Shown: piece after piece, positions 63,865 to 64,000 of the stretch
How positions within the stretch are numbered: the first letter of the stretch is position 1
Layout: each line of letters starts with the position of its first letter
NCBI GenBank assembly: GCA_005772895.1
Contig: SXIH01000042.1
Coordinates: 6,042-70,041 of the forward strand
Direction of reading: 5' to 3'
Origin: Bacteroidota bacterium
GTDB lineage: Bacteria > Bacteroidota > Bacteroidia > 2-12-FULL-35-15
DNA: 64,000 bases
Program-made: the position numbers and the translations under genes
The notes under the pieces: generated by a model
Databases searched by the model: none
What the model was told of the DNA's origin: nothing
The model's input: the letters and a program-made list of their open reading frames with translations, nothing else

Positions 63865-64000
63865 TGACCAAAGAACTAATCACATATTTATCACAATTTG
63901 TTTCAGAAACACGAAGAGCAAAGTTTGATACTGTTTTAGATTATAGAACACGTCATATTACAATTGCGTTGGAAGATTTGTATCAGCCACACAATGCAAG
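63864..64000 (+). CDS. TrmH/SpoU family RNA methyltransferase, truncated by window end
   Basis: ATG overlaps the upstream TAA; MTKELITYLSQFVSETRRAKFDTVLDYRTRHITIALEDLYQPHNA. Confidence 0.8.
   Translation, partial: MTKELITYLSQFVSETRRAKFDTVLDYRTRHITIALEDLYQPHNA

Overview
AT-rich chromosomal window from a Bacteroidota bacterium. The assignment rests on TAnnTTTG promoters, T9SS genes, the lon-porQ-cmk order and divergent prmC/ribD. About 52 real CDSs. Core genes: lpxB, surE, ispH, clpS, cmk, porQ, lon, ligA, prmC, ribD, fmt, hup, an agmatinase-family gene and a partial trmH. They are interleaved with type IX secretion cargo, including two type-B-CTD cargo/PorP-SprF pairs. I saw no rRNA, tRNA, CRISPR array, transposase or integrase. 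Non-coding DNA carries three subfamilies of CGTC-tagged REP/REPIN-like palindromes (one with compensatory stem changes) plus heptamer micro-repeats, one of them in-frame inside prmC. Best candidates for undescribed biology: (i) an uncharacterised 512-aa helical/TPR protein with a candidate operator, divergent from two T9SS cargos that share a head domain but have different anchors; (ii) a ~1890-aa PorE-like TPR/PD40 protein extended by coiled coils, 12-aa DNTTKT spacers and three SPOR-like domains; (iii) a cargo-less stand-alone T9SS CTD protein; (iv) the REPIN system bracketing an AlkC-type gene. All functional calls come from motif recognition by eye; no database searches were run.
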